From Thermoplasmata archaeon (GTDB lineage Archaea; Thermoplasmatota; Thermoplasmata; Thermoplasmatales; GCA-001856825): DNA of 64,000 bases. Below the pieces are notes generated by a model, which did not search any database, was not told the DNA's origin, and was given only the letters and a program-made list of their open reading frames with translations. The translations under genes and the position numbers were made by a program. Positions 48,701 through 59,637 of the stretch are shown piece by piece. Each line of letters begins with the position of its first letter. The first letter of the stretch is position 1. The stretch lies in the NCBI GenBank assembly GCA_021792255.1, contig JAJYUZ010000002.1, positions 160,001 to 224,000 of the forward strand. The letters are read 5' to 3'.

Positions 48701-49141
48701 TTGAGAACTCTAGTTTTGATTAAACCCGATGGCGTCATCAGATCTAAGATTGGTGAAATAATTTCGAGGTTCGAAAACAAGGGACTCAAAATAGTTGCGT
48801 TGAAGATGGTCAAGCTGACGAAGCAGAAAGCGGAACAGCACTATGCAGTTCACAAGGGGAAACCGTTCTACGATTCGCTCCTCAACTACATCACATCAGG
48901 GCCACTCATAGCTATAATGATTGAGGGGGATAACTGCATTGAAATCGTTAGGAAGCTCGTTGGAGCTACTAACGGAGCTAAGGCAGAACCCGGCACGATA
49001 AGAGGAGATTTCTCCACAGGAATCGACTTCAATCTGATTCACGCTAGCGATTCAGAAGATTCAGCAGCCTACGAGATGCCGATATTTTTCGAAGAGAAAG
49101 AAATCATGAGCTACGAGAGGGCAGATAAAGCTTGGCTGTGA
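48701..49141 (+). CDS. ndk: Nucleoside diphosphate kinase
   Basis: IKPDG, PGTIRGDF, NLIHASDS. Confidence 0.97.
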   Translation: MRTLVLIKPDGVIRSKIGEIISRFENKGLKIVALKMVKLTKQKAEQHYAVHKGKPFYDSLLNYITSGPLIAIMIEGDNCIEIVRKLVGATNGAKAEPGTIRGDFSTGIDFNLIHASDSEDSAAYEMPIFFEEKEIMSYERADKAWL

Positions 49142-49147
49142 TATCAT

Positions 49148-50878
49148 ATGTGGGTCAGGCAACCAATCGTAGGGGTCCTTGGCCATGTGGACCATGGCAA
49201 GACTTCACTTCTCGATAATATCCGTGGAGGAGTAGTCGCCGCAAGAGAAGCTGGTGGAATTACCCAGCACATTGGGGCCACCGAGGTTCCTATTCAGGAA
49301 ATAGTCAGAATCTGCAAGGACATTATTGGAAACAAGGCTTTCAAAATCCCCGGATTATTATTTATAGATACTCCAGGGCACGAATCGTTTTCGAGTCTCA
49401 GAATAAGAGGCGGGTCTATAGCAGATATTGCAGTCCTCGTGATAGACGTGAGAGAAGGTATCATGCCACAGACTAGGGAATCTCTTGAAGTTCTGAAGAA
49501 GTTCAAGACGCCCTTCGTCGTCGCAGCCAATAAGGTTGACCTTGTTGAGGGATTCTCCGGGTTAAAGGGCGCCTTTATTCCTTCAACAAGGACAATAGAA
49601 CAATCACGAATCGAGGAGCTAGACAACAAGCTCTTCCAGCTTTCTTCCCAGCTTTATAGGGAAGGTTTCAGTGCTGACAGGTACGACAGAATATCGGATT
49701 TTGCCAGAAACGTCGCAATCGTTCCCTTGTCCGCTAAAACGGGATACGGTGTTCCAGATTTGCTAATGGTGCTTTCGGGACTAGCCCAAACTTTTCTGGA
49801 GTCGCAACTCACGAATGAGGACGAAACTGCGGAGGGAACAATCCTAGAGGTCAGGGAGGAAAAGGGGATGGGAGAGGTTTCGGACGCAATCCTCTACAGT
49901 GGAGTCATGAAAAGAGGGGAGACAGTATTCACAGGAACTGTGGATGGCATAAAGGCACTTAAGATCAAGGGAATATTCAAGCCTAAACCGCTCGATGAAA
50001 TCAGGGATCCAAGGGACAGATTTCTTCCAGTTTCGGAAGTTCGGGCCGCATCAGGAATCAGAATTCTGTTTCAGGGAGAAGGAGGAGTCATACCGGGTAG
50101 TCCCTTTAAGGAAGCATCTGGGGATCTTATTTCCCTGAAGAAGTCAATTGAAGATGCAATAACAGGCTCCTTTAAACCTTCTTCAGAGGGTATCGTTGCT
50201 AAAGCTGATACAGTCGGAGGACTCGAGGCACTCGTCTACGAACTGGGGAGGATCAATGTGCCAATAAAGAAGGCGGAGGTTGGCCCAGTGTCGAAGAGAG
50301 ACTTTACTGAGGCTGGAACAAACAAAGTCCCAGAGGATAGAATCATAATAGCGTTCAACGTTCCTGTCGAGGTTAAGGAGTACGCTGATGTCAAGGTAAT
50401 TGAAAACAAAATTATCTACTCAATAAAGGACGACCTGATGAAGGTAAGAGAGGAGATCAAGCAGAGGGAACTCGAAGAAAAGAGAAGGTCACTGACTTTT
50501 CCCTGCAAGCTGCTAATAATGCCAGGCAACGTTTTCAGGATCTCTAAGCCTGCCATATTTGGAGTCAGGATACTTGGAGGGAAGCTAAGGGTCAAGACTC
50601 AGCTGATGAAAGTTGACGGATCCGAGGTCGGACCTGTCAAGAGTATCAGGACGGGCGAGCAGTCGCTTCAGGACGCAAAGCAGGGTGAAGAAGTCGCGAT
50701 TGCGATGGACGGAATCACGATAGGCAGACAGCTCAGGGAAGGCGATATTCTATACTCGGAAATCAACGAGAGGGATTTCAGACTCCTCAAAGAGGAGAAT
50801 CTGAACGTGGACGAAAGTATGATTATGGAAGAGATCAAGGGTCTGAGAAGGAAGACCAGTCCATTTTGGGGAAGCTAG
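49148..50878 (+). CDS. infB: Translation initiation factor aIF5B (IF-2)
   Basis: [34 protein letters not shown]. Confidence 0.97.
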   Translation: MWVRQPIVGVLGHVDHGKTSLLDNIRGGVVAAREAGGITQHIGATEVPIQEIVRICKDIIGNKAFKIPGLLFIDTPGHESFSSLRIRGGSIADIAVLVIDVREGIMPQTRESLEVLKKFKTPFVVAANKVDLVEGFSGLKGAFIPSTRTIEQSRIEELDNKLFQLSSQLYREGFSADRYDRISDFARNVAIVPLSAKTGYGVPDLLMVLSGLAQTFLESQLTNEDETAEGTILEVREEKGMGEVSDAILYSGVMKRGETVFTGTVDGIKALKIKGIFKPKPLDEIRDPRDRFLPVSEVRAASGIRILFQGEGGVIPGSPFKEASGDLISLKKSIEDAITGSFKPSSEGIVAKADTVGGLEALVYELGRINVPIKKAEVGPVSKRDFTEAGTNKVPEDRIIIAFNVPVEVKEYADVKVIENKIIYSIKDDLMKVREEIKQRELEEKRRSLTFPCKLLIMPGNVFRISKPAIFGVRILGGKLRVKTQLMKVDGSEVGPVKSIRTGEQSLQDAKQGEEVAIAMDGITIGRQLREGDILYSEINERDFRLLKEENLNVDESMIMEEIKGLRRKTSPFWGS

Positions 50879-50925
50879 AAGGCTATCCGAGAGACTTTTT
50901 ATCCATGAAAGTATACCCATGCCTC

Positions 50926-51099
50926 ATGGAATTCAATTCGCTTGAGTTCTGTACATCGTGCGGTACAGGCCTGCAGGAAAGAGGCGCAACAATGTTCAAG
51001 TGCCCCTCGTGCGGTCAAGAAACAATTAGCAGATGCAATAATTGCAGGGAACTTTCGGTCCAGTATCAGTGCCCCAAATGCGGATTTAGGGGGCCATAG
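50926..51099 (+). CDS. Small zinc-ribbon protein (DUF1610-like)
   Basis: Four CxxC pairs and C-terminal CGFRGP; conserved position upstream of EF-1beta. Confidence 0.85.
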   Translation: MEFNSLEFCTSCGTGLQERGATMFKCPSCGQETISRCNNCRELSVQYQCPKCGFRGP

Positions 51100-51101
51100 A
51101 T

Positions 51102-51371
51102 TTGGGGAAAGTCGCGGTTGCTTTCAAGGTAATGCCTTCCGACGAAAACAAGGATTTGACCGTGATTGAAAAGGGTCTTAAGGCTGATCTCTCCAAGAAT
51201 TTTGCACTGGGAAATTGCACAGTCGAAGAGCTCGCCTTTGGTATTAAGGTCCTGAAGCTCATCGTCATTATGGGTGACGAGGGTGGACTAGTCGACAGTG
51301 TGGAGCAAAGGATACGCTCATTTTCGGACGTCGGGGAAGTAGAGATAGAGGAAGTTTCCCTTATTTCTTAA
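51102..51371 (+). CDS. ef1b: Elongation factor 1-beta
   Basis: KVMP, EELAFGIK.L, D..G..D.VE. Confidence 0.92.
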   Translation: MGKVAVAFKVMPSDENKDLTVIEKGLKADLSKNFALGNCTVEELAFGIKVLKLIVIMGDEGGLVDSVEQRIRSFSDVGEVEIEEVSLIS

Positions 51372-51428
51372 TTTTAAACCTCGAGTTTTTATATCAGAAT
51401 TTCTAGGATATATCGATAAAAAAAGAAG

Positions 51429-52385
51429 ATGACATTTGACATTAAAACGACCAGAAGCGTAGTGGTCAGGGCACTTCTGGGTGATCTGCTCATCGCAGTC
51501 TCAAAGTACGTTGCAGCTGTCCTTAGCGGAAGTGCAGCTCTACTAGCTGAAGCCATTCACTCCTCATCCGATACCGTAAACCAGTTCCTCCTCCTGCTTG
51601 GATACAACCTAAGTACCAAAAAGGACGCATCTAAATTTCCGTTCGGCAGGGGAAGAGAGCAGTTTTTCTGGTCTTTCGTCGTTTCAATTCTCGTCTTTGG
51701 AATATCAGGCGTGCTCACATTCGTTGAGGGAATCATCAAGCTCACGACTCCATACAGCATCTCAGATTCCAAAATAGCGTACCTCGTTCTTGCATTCTCG
51801 TTTGCGGTAGATGGATACGTTCTCCTCATATCTACCAGGTTCTTTCTTTCAAAGTACAGAAAACAGGGGTATCATGACGTATTTGCATTTATCACGGACT
51901 TCAAGGATCCGGTTTTGCTGACTGCGCTGATCGAGGACACCGCAGCACTAGCGGGGGTGATCACAGCGTTTTTTGGCATAACTCTCTCACTCATAACGAG
52001 AAACAATGTGTACGATGCTTCTTCTTCGATCGTTATAGGACTCATAATGATGGGGTCTGGAATATACCTCTCGAAAGAAAGCAAGGATCTGCTGATTGGA
52101 GAGGGTATTTCTACGAGGGATCAGAAGAAGATAGAAGCGATATTGAACTCGATTCACTCGGTCAACAAGATCCTAGACATAAAGGCAATATATCAGGGTC
52201 CTGAGAAAGTTTTACTCGCTATGGACCTCAACTTCAGGGACGGACTGAGTACGAGCGATATTGAGAAAGCCATTGATGAGATCGAGCACGCTATTAAATC
52301 GTCCATCCCTTACGTAGAAAGGATCTACGTTGAAGCCGAAGAAAAGATGCCAGATCAGAAACAACCTGAATTTTCAAATTCCTAA
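51429..52385 (+). CDS. Cation diffusion facilitator transporter
   Basis: SAALLAEAIHS..D, FPFG.GRE, ED.AA, C-terminal cytosolic domain. Confidence 0.92.
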   Translation: MTFDIKTTRSVVVRALLGDLLIAVSKYVAAVLSGSAALLAEAIHSSSDTVNQFLLLLGYNLSTKKDASKFPFGRGREQFFWSFVVSILVFGISGVLTFVEGIIKLTTPYSISDSKIAYLVLAFSFAVDGYVLLISTRFFLSKYRKQGYHDVFAFITDFKDPVLLTALIEDTAALAGVITAFFGITLSLITRNNVYDASSSIVIGLIMMGSGIYLSKESKDLLIGEGISTRDQKKIEAILNSIHSVNKILDIKAIYQGPEKVLLAMDLNFRDGLSTSDIEKAIDEIEHAIKSSIPYVERIYVEAEEKMPDQKQPEFSNS

Positions 52386-53219
52386 GTCTCTGAGTTTCTG
52401 TATCCTCACTTCTGTTGACGGATGAGTTGAAAACATTTTTTTTACTGTCGAGCCTCCGAGAGGATTGACGATGAAGAGACTTGTGGTTGCAGGATTTGCG
52501 TTCTGCATCGGCTTCCTGCTGTTCCACATTTCAAGTTTTGTCAGGGCACTAATTAATCCTTCGGAGGAGTTGTTGATCTTGGCTCCGTGTTCATCTGCGT
52601 ACAGTTCTCTCTGTCTGGATATAGCCAACTGTAACATCAGAGCACCTACCGCAGCTACCAGCAGGATGACCATCACTATTATGTCCTGACCACCTCTCCT
52701 TCCACCGAACAGAGCATTGAATCCAAATATCCTTGCTCCTATCATCAGTGCTGAAGCGATGGTTGCAGCTACAGTTACCACTAGAATATCGTTATGTTTG
52801 ATGTGTCCGAGCTCGTGGCCAATAACTCCTCTCAGCTCTTTCTCGTTCAACACGTTGAGTATAGTCCTGGTGAAGACTATGTACGCATTTTTCTTGTTTC
52901 GACCAGTGGCAAAAGCGTTGGGAACAGGTATGTCCGCAATGGCAATCTTTGGCATGGGAAGTTCAGCATTTTGGGATATGTCTCTCACAATTGCAAATAG
53001 TTTGGGTTCTTCATTCTCTTGGATTAGTTTCGCGCGGTAACTCCACATCACAAGTCTGTAAGAGAAAAAATAGGAAACAAGATTCATCAGTGCTGCAAAG
53101 CAAGCAAAAACGATCAACCAACCGAGCACATCTCCTACGAAGTACCCTATAATCAATCCCGCAAGTACGAATATGAGGAAGAGAAACATGAATGCTATTA
53201 CCAATCTAAATCTGCTCAC
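52374..53219 (-). CDS. htpX: Membrane zinc protease HtpX (M48)
   Basis: PNAFATGR, HELGH, SRQRE..AD, FSTHP. Confidence 0.94.
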   Translation of the reverse strand: MSRFRLVIAFMFLFLIFVLAGLIIGYFVGDVLGWLIVFACFAALMNLVSYFFSYRLVMWSYRAKLIQENEEPKLFAIVRDISQNAELPMPKIAIADIPVPNAFATGRNKKNAYIVFTRTILNVLNEKELRGVIGHELGHIKHNDILVVTVAATIASALMIGARIFGFNALFGGRRGGQDIIVMVILLVAAVGALMLQLAISRQRELYADEHGAKINNSSEGLISALTKLEMWNSRKPMQNANPATTSLFIVNPLGGSTVKKMFSTHPSTEVRIQKLRDLGI

Positions 53220-53375
53220 GGAATCCGAAGCGAAAATATGGATTTAACCGTTTTCGATATACTTTTTGCTTTAAACATAAAATATATAAAATATAAATTT
53301 TCCAGCAAGGAAAAATCATAACAACTGTTTAATAGTAATTGTAATTACCAGACATCTTTAGGGGGTTATACCAAG

Positions 53376-56279
53376 ATGCTTAATAAATCTGGAAAAACAG
53401 CAGCTCTGTTCGTCATCACTTTAATGGTGATGGGAGGACTCTTGGGAGCGGCATTCGGCCAAGTACAGGGAGCAGAAAAAGTGTCATTTAGTTTTACGGT
53501 GCTGGGGAATGGACAAGCCCCGGCGACTGGAGTTAATGTTGAACTCGAGAGCGCGAATGGAGTAGTTTTAGCAAGCACCACGTCGAGCCCCAGTGTAACA
53601 TTCCAGGCATATCCTGGAAGCTACATAGTTTACATTCCGAGCCAGTTTGTTTCATCTGGATCAATAGTCTACAATGCGTACCAAGCCAGCGTGAGTGTGA
53701 AGGACAATGGAACCGTATATGACGGAAATTCCGTGTTTCAGTATGCAAATGTAGGTTATTTGTCAGCGACCTCTTATGTGTACGCCACAGTGAAAGGAAT
53801 CACTTCTGCTCAGATAACTTCGGTCTACCTCGAATTGCCAAATGGTCTTGATATGATGGCAACGAAGGTCAATGCATCTAATCCAAATTCTGGATATGCT
53901 GTGACCACCATTTCGGGATCGCAGATCCTGACGGTGGAATACACCTCCACATCAAGGGCATTTTATTCGATACAACTGACCAACATATCCTCTAGCAAGA
54001 ACAACAGCGTTGTCGCTAACATCTCGTCTTCACAGAATGTCCAGGGCACAGTAGTTTCGACCAAGGGAACATCTGTAAATAGAGTAGAAGTATCTATTTA
54101 CCAGTCTGGAGTTTTACTCTCTGCAGACGTGTTCTCGAACGGCTATTACTATCTTTCACTTTCACCCGGAACCTACAATCTTGTGATATCATCGCCGGGT
54201 TATCTGCCAACCGTACGCTCTGTCACCACGACTTCTGGGGGAACAGCTACTTTTCAAACGATTACACTCACTCCTTCCAATGTCGAGCAACTACAGTCAA
54301 TTTCTTTCGGTTCTAACTTCCAGAACGTTACAATAAGCGGAGGAGTCACTTTGACAAACGCAACAGTTCTACCATTTCTCCCATATTCAAACGCAGGATC
54401 ACTCTACAATCAAATGCACTTGAACAATCTGAGCCCGGGCGAACTCTGGGCATTACTAAACGTGACCGTTCCGTACTCTACGGCGAACACGGTATTGTAC
54501 AACAATTACTCATACAACTCTACTGGAATTCACACAACATTCGCTGTTGGAACTGGCGGTACATACAAGTTCAATTATACTGCTACTTACTACCAATCAA
54601 AGGTGGCGGTTCAGAGTTATAGTACCATCAGGATATATGTCAACAAGAATGACAACAATACTACTGCACTTACATACATATCTCAACTCAGCATTCCTGC
54701 CTCTTATCAGAGGGCAAACATTGTGAGTTCGAGCCTAGCAACGGTCTCCGGCTACTCCGGAACAATCAGCATAACTAACAGCAGTTTCAATGGGTTCCTG
54801 ACCATCAAGATTGCCCCTCAATCAAAGCCAATACTGAAATTATCTCAAATCTCTGCGACTTGGAATAATTCTTTTGAATCGACTATATCATCCAACACTT
54901 CCTCCAACTTTACCCTTGTAGTTCCGGTAGGTAAACAGGTCACTCTGAATGCGAGCAAAGTTCCCTACGATAGCGTCCTGGGTACAGACAACTACGCCGA
55001 AATGAACTTCACATGGACGTTCGGAACCTCTACCACAATTTATGGGTACAACATCTCGTACACATTCACGAACGGATCTCATCTCGTTTCACTTACGGTG
55101 ACAAGCTCAAGCGGTGTAAAGAATGAAACAAATCTGACCATTATAGGTGATTCGCTTAATCCCCAATTCAACCTGAGGGTAATACAGAACGGTGGACTTA
55201 AGATGAATCAGACGACAACTCACTCAGTATCATATGTGCTGTGGGTAAACCAGACTCAAACCGTTTACTTCAATTCCGTAAAATCTAAGGATTTACTTCC
55301 TTCTGGTCAATCGACGGGAATACCAATTTCTGTGACATGGGTCATAGCTGGTTCCAGCGAGACGGGAACGAACGTATCTTATTCTTTCGGTATCCCGACA
55401 TTCAATTCAACGGTTGAACACGCGTACGCCACAGTCGAGAATGGAGTTGGAAGCACCTTTAATGTCAGCCTGACGATACACGTCAATGATACAACACCTC
55501 CAGTTGTCGCACTCCAGATATTCAATGCTTCTTCTGGCAAAGTTACTAGTTCAACCAAGCAAGATCAGAACGTCACTCTGAATGCATCCAAGAGCTACGC
55601 GCCAAATGGCGGGCACATAGTTTCCTATACGTGGTACTTTACCTATTCAAACGGAACCGTTGCCAAGTCCAACGTGGATTACAAAGTTTACAGCTCATCT
55701 TCTAACAATTCCTCTCTGACTATTGCATTCCTTCAATACGGCAATTTTGAAATAAAAGTAAAAGCAGTAGATCAGTCAAACAACACGGGAACCGCGTCTC
55801 AGAGTCTGAGCGTGATTGCAGTTGGTCCAGAAATAGAGATAATGAACATAACGTATCCCAAGAGCTATGTCGAGGGATCTTCCTCGGTCTTGAAGTTCGA
55901 TCTGAAGAACGTTGGAATTGAGTCTGCTACGAGCTACTACATAACCGTAAAGATCGCAGGAAAGACTGTCAAGAACGAGACGTTCACCAATCTCTCCTCG
56001 AACCAGTCTACTAATGTATCGGTGACGTTTGCTCCTCCGAGCTCTGGAAGCTATTCTATGGTCATGAGTGTACATGCACTAAATGAGCCATCATTCTTCA
56101 ACACTAACACCTCCGTAACAAAAGCGATTTCAGTGGCGCAAGCCGCATGGAAACTGCCAGCCCTGGTTGGAGGTATAGTGGTTGCAATCGGAGTACTTTC
56201 GTTCGTCTACTACGACGTCACGGTCAGAAGAAAGAGGCCCAAGGAAGTTAAGCAGCCAAAGAAGCAGCTAAAAGTCTAA
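53376..56279 (+). CDS. Large cell-surface glycoprotein with beta-sandwich (carboxypeptidase-regulatory/PKD/CARDB-like) domains
   Basis: Signal peptide, LNASKS...SYTW.F PKD-like motif, KNVG CARDB-like motif, C-terminal TM with basic tail. Confidence 0.8.
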   Translation: MLNKSGKTAALFVITLMVMGGLLGAAFGQVQGAEKVSFSFTVLGNGQAPATGVNVELESANGVVLASTTSSPSVTFQAYPGSYIVYIPSQFVSSGSIVYNAYQASVSVKDNGTVYDGNSVFQYANVGYLSATSYVYATVKGITSAQITSVYLELPNGLDMMATKVNASNPNSGYAVTTISGSQILTVEYTSTSRAFYSIQLTNISSSKNNSVVANISSSQNVQGTVVSTKGTSVNRVEVSIYQSGVLLSADVFSNGYYYLSLSPGTYNLVISSPGYLPTVRSVTTTSGGTATFQTITLTPSNVEQLQSISFGSNFQNVTISGGVTLTNATVLPFLPYSNAGSLYNQMHLNNLSPGELWALLNVTVPYSTANTVLYNNYSYNSTGIHTTFAVGTGGTYKFNYTATYYQSKVAVQSYSTIRIYVNKNDNNTTALTYISQLSIPASYQRANIVSSSLATVSGYSGTISITNSSFNGFLTIKIAPQSKPILKLSQISATWNNSFESTISSNTSSNFTLVVPVGKQVTLNASKVPYDSVLGTDNYAEMNFTWTFGTSTTIYGYNISYTFTNGSHLVSLTVTSSSGVKNETNLTIIGDSLNPQFNLRVIQNGGLKMNQTTTHSVSYVLWVNQTQTVYFNSVKSKDLLPSGQSTGIPISVTWVIAGSSETGTNVSYSFGIPTFNSTVEHAYATVENGVGSTFNVSLTIHVNDTTPPVVALQIFNASSGKVTSSTKQDQNVTLNASKSYAPNGGHIVSYTWYFTYSNGTVAKSNVDYKVYSSSSNNSSLTIAFLQYGNFEIKVKAVDQSNNTGTASQSLSVIAVGPEIEIMNITYPKSYVEGSSSVLKFDLKNVGIESATSYYITVKIAGKTVKNETFTNLSSNQSTNVSVTFAPPSSGSYSMVMSVHALNEPSFFNTNTSVTKAISVAQAAWKLPALVGGIVVAIGVLSFVYYDVTVRRKRPKEVKQPKKQLKV

Positions 56280-56291
56280 CCTTTTTTTACT

Positions 56292-57890
56292 TTATATTTT
56301 ATCAGATGCTTGGATACCAAGCATCTGAAACAATTCTTCCATTGTTTTTGCATAGGTCCTGACTATCTCCACTCTCTTTTGGAAATTCTCCCCGCTGTCA
56401 ATTACTGGACAGTCCCTGTAGAACTGGTTGAACGCTCCAGCTAGTTCGAATGAGTATCTGGCTATCTTGTCTGGTCTGGAATGGGTCGCGGCTTCTTCTA
56501 CTATTTCTGGATAAATAGAAATTACCCTGAGCAAGTTGCTTTCCGGCTCGTTGAACTTCCAGACAATTTCTTCTTGCCTGTCAAGTTTTGAGAGTATGGA
56601 TTTGGCCCTTGCGTAGGCATACATTACGAAAGGAGCGGCATCTCCATCAAAATTTAGGGCATCCTTCCAATCGAAAGTGACCGGTTTATCTGGTGAATAC
56701 CTGATGATATTGTACCTGACGGCTGCGACTCCAACCTTGTTCGATATTTCTTCGACCTCTTCCTCGGACAGGTCGGTTCTCCGCTTCAGGATCTCTTCCT
56801 TGGCTAGATTCACTGCTTCTTCTATCAGGTCTCTGACATACACGACATTACCCTTCCTTGTGCTCATTTTGCCCTCCTTCGTGGTTATGTACGAGTAGAA
56901 TAACGCTCCAACGTTGTCGACACCAAGGAGGTCCATTGCGAACTCCATCTTCTTGAAGTAAGATTTATGGTCCTCTCCGAGAACAGCTATAGAATTGTCG
57001 AATTCTGAAGACTTCTTCAAGTGATGAGCAATATCTCTGGTGAAATAAACCGATGTCCCATTTGATCGAAGCAAGTACATCTTGCCCTGTTTTGATTCCA
57101 GATACTTGGCACCGTTATCGTCCTTTAATAGGGGGGTCAATCTTGCAATAATCTCCCCGACGGATCCGTTTAGAATGAACTCGCTCTCCCATACAAAGAA
57201 ATCAAATTTGATGGATAGTCTCTCCAGGTCATTCAGTACATCACCTAGGAACACTTCCAGTTTATCTTTCGACTCCTTCAAGAATCTTTTATCTCCAGAC
57301 TCTGCCTTGACCATGAATTCTTCGACTCTTGCCTTGTACTTATCAAAATCTTCGTAAACCTTCCGGTACGATTCCGTATAATTTTCCATTCCATAGAGTT
57401 CGACTCCTAGCAGGAGAGCTTCAACCTGCGTTCCTATGTCATTTACATAGTATTCAGTCGTAACGTCATATCCAAATTTCGCAAGGATTCTTGAGAACGT
57501 ATCTCCAATTATGGAATTTCTGACTCTACCTATGTGCAGCGGTCCCGTTGGATTTGCACTCGTGTGTTCGACCAGGATCTTATCCTTCTTCTTTTCAAAC
57601 TGGAATAGCTCGTTATTCCCTCCCTCTTCAAGTACCGTTTTACAAAATTCCTGATCATCGTATTTCACATTGACGAATTTTCCAACTGAAGAAAAAGTCA
57701 CATAACGATCGCTGAGGGAATTGATTTCCTCCACATCCAGACTGACTTTGCTTTTCTGAAAGTCAAATGAAAGATCACCGAAGTTCTTCTGTGGCCTATA
57801 AGTCCGATAATTCTTTTCCATAGATCGACTTGACAAGAATGAATCCATCTTCTCTCTTGCAATAGCATCGAACTTCTGGTATGGTTTCAT
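56292..57890 (-). CDS. argS: Arginine--tRNA ligase
   Basis: VEHTSANPTGPLHIG, YYVND.G.Q, KMSTR.G, Y.YAR, FY..CPV. Confidence 0.96.
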   Translation of the reverse strand: MKPYQKFDAIAREKMDSFLSSRSMEKNYRTYRPQKNFGDLSFDFQKSKVSLDVEEINSLSDRYVTFSSVGKFVNVKYDDQEFCKTVLEEGGNNELFQFEKKKDKILVEHTSANPTGPLHIGRVRNSIIGDTFSRILAKFGYDVTTEYYVNDIGTQVEALLLGVELYGMENYTESYRKVYEDFDKYKARVEEFMVKAESGDKRFLKESKDKLEVFLGDVLNDLERLSIKFDFFVWESEFILNGSVGEIIARLTPLLKDDNGAKYLESKQGKMYLLRSNGTSVYFTRDIAHHLKKSSEFDNSIAVLGEDHKSYFKKMEFAMDLLGVDNVGALFYSYITTKEGKMSTRKGNVVYVRDLIEEAVNLAKEEILKRRTDLSEEEVEEISNKVGVAAVRYNIIRYSPDKPVTFDWKDALNFDGDAAPFVMYAYARAKSILSKLDRQEEIVWKFNEPESNLLRVISIYPEIVEEAATHSRPDKIARYSFELAGAFNQFYRDCPVIDSGENFQKRVEIVRTYAKTMEELFQMLGIQASDKI

Positions 57891-57913
57891 TTTAGAGGGA
57901 TATTTATGGCATA

Positions 57914-58756
57914 TTAAAATGCATTCAGGTTCGTCTGGCTGTCCTTTCTAACGATCTTAATGCCCATGTACTTCTGAAACTCTGCCGCATTGACGGCAGC
58001 TTTAGCCTGAGCGTGATTGTTGAAATATACGAACACATCGTCTCCCATCGTTCTCACCCTTTCGACCCAAGGGACGAGTTCTTCTTCAGAGTACAGATAG
58101 TCATACTTGTTCAGCCTCCCCTTAAGTTCCCCTTTCCCATACCAAAGGTCATTGTTACGTCCGTGAAACCTGACGTAGGAGAACGATGACGTCGGGTAGT
58201 AAAAGAAGGGGAGCCCTGGAGAATCCACACTTACCAGGGCAACGTTGTATTTCTTGAGCAAACTAAGGAAACCCGGTAGTATGTTATTTGCGAGAAAATT
58301 CTTGTTCCTAATCTCAACCGAGAGCCTGTAGTCGGAATGGATAGAAATGAACAATTTTTCCAATCTTTCCAGGACTTGTTCGTCTCTCAAAGGATCAAGG
58401 AAAGGAGAGAGTTGAAGTAGCGCAGATCCAAGAAAACCAGAATTCCGTATCGGAAGGATCACCTTTGTGACGAATTCTTTTGCGGTTTCAATGGACTTGT
58501 CCGTAATGCCTTCCTGGTCGTGTGTCACTTCTCTGGGAAACTTCAGAGAATAGAGAAAGTCCTCCTTCCCCTGAATCTTGGATATCCATGAATTCACTGT
58601 CTTATCTCCAGGGAATGAGTAATATGTCGAGTCTATCTCAACAGAGTTGAAGAATTTGTAATAGTAAAGCAGGTACTTGCTCTCTTCCATTCCTTTGGGG
58701 TAGAACGTCTCTTTCCAATCCTCATACTGGAAACCAGAGCATCCCAGATATAGCAT
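57914..58756 (-). CDS. DUF72 (YecE-like TIM-barrel) protein
   Basis: GCSGF.Y.DW, VEIDSTYY, VEIR, YVRFHGR, Y.Y.YS..EL, YFNNH. Confidence 0.93.
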   Translation of the reverse strand: MLYLGCSGFQYEDWKETFYPKGMEESKYLLYYYKFFNSVEIDSTYYSFPGDKTVNSWISKIQGKEDFLYSLKFPREVTHDQEGITDKSIETAKEFVTKVILPIRNSGFLGSALLQLSPFLDPLRDEQVLERLEKLFISIHSDYRLSVEIRNKNFLANNILPGFLSLLKKYNVALVSVDSPGLPFFYYPTSSFSYVRFHGRNNDLWYGKGELKGRLNKYDYLYSEEELVPWVERVRTMGDDVFVYFNNHAQAKAAVNAAEFQKYMGIKIVRKDSQTNLNAF

Positions 58757-58839
58757 TTCATTTTAATATTCAAACTCGAAATTAAATTTTTCTATATAGC
58801 CTTAGGAAAACTTTTATTGCAACCTATTATTATTAAAGC

Positions 58840-59070
58840 ATGAAAAAGGTAGACCTTAGCAAATTGGACTACGATATATCCTTCAAGATCAAGATGGAGG
58901 CCTACCTATATGTTGAAGCGGACAAGATGCTGGAGGCTGGAAAGGGAGATCCGAAGAAGCTTGGAAGGTACATGAGGAAGAGAATAGAAATTATTGAGGA
59001 GCTACTGAAAATAGGCAGACCGTTTAAACTCGTGGAAGGAAAGGAGAGTCTTCTGGAAGTGAGCAAATGA
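58840..59070 (+). CDS. Small hypothetical protein
   Basis: TATA-like CTTTTAT upstream; ATGA coupling to the next gene. Confidence 0.7.
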   Translation: MKKVDLSKLDYDISFKIKMEAYLYVEADKMLEAGKGDPKKLGRYMRKRIEIIEELLKIGRPFKLVEGKESLLEVSK

Positions 59071-59606
59071 ACTTCATAAGCGTCTCCGAAGTGATGTCCC
59101 GGAATCCTATAAGGGTCGAATCATCCGTGACCGCAGAGGAGGGGGCTAAAATGATGGCAAAAAAGGGGATAAGTTCCCTACTGATTGAGGAAGAAAGAAA
59201 AATAATTGGCATAGTGACGGAAAGGGATATAGTAACGAAAATAGCTGCGAACGGACTATCTGCCGGTGAAATAAAGCTAAAGGAAATAATGAGCTCTCCT
59301 CTAGTTCATGTAGAAGGAGACAGTCCTCTTGAAACTGCAGCCGAACTGATGTGGAAGAGGAAAATTAGAAGACTACCCGTGGTAATTAACAACGAAATTG
59401 TAGGCATCCTTACGGAAAATGATATAGTCAGAATATCTCCGGGTCTGATCGAGATAACAAGGGGGATATTAGATAGCAGGAATCAGGGCGTTGTGAAAGG
59501 CATCCACGGAGTGTGCGATTCCTGCAATGAATTTTCGGAGAATCTTGTATACAAGGCAGGAAACTATTATTGCGAACGCTGTTACTCTGAAAAGGGCACT
59601 ATGTAA
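59067..59606 (+). CDS. CBS-pair protein with C-terminal zinc ribbon
   Basis: Two CBS motifs (GIVTERD, GILTEND), then CDSC and CERC. Confidence 0.9.
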   Translation: MNFISVSEVMSRNPIRVESSVTAEEGAKMMAKKGISSLLIEEERKIIGIVTERDIVTKIAANGLSAGEIKLKEIMSSPLVHVEGDSPLETAAELMWKRKIRRLPVVINNEIVGILTENDIVRISPGLIEITRGILDSRNQGVVKGIHGVCDSCNEFSENLVYKAGNYYCERCYSEKGTM

Positions 59607-59637
59607 AGATATTTTATCAAGATGACATATTGAACAG

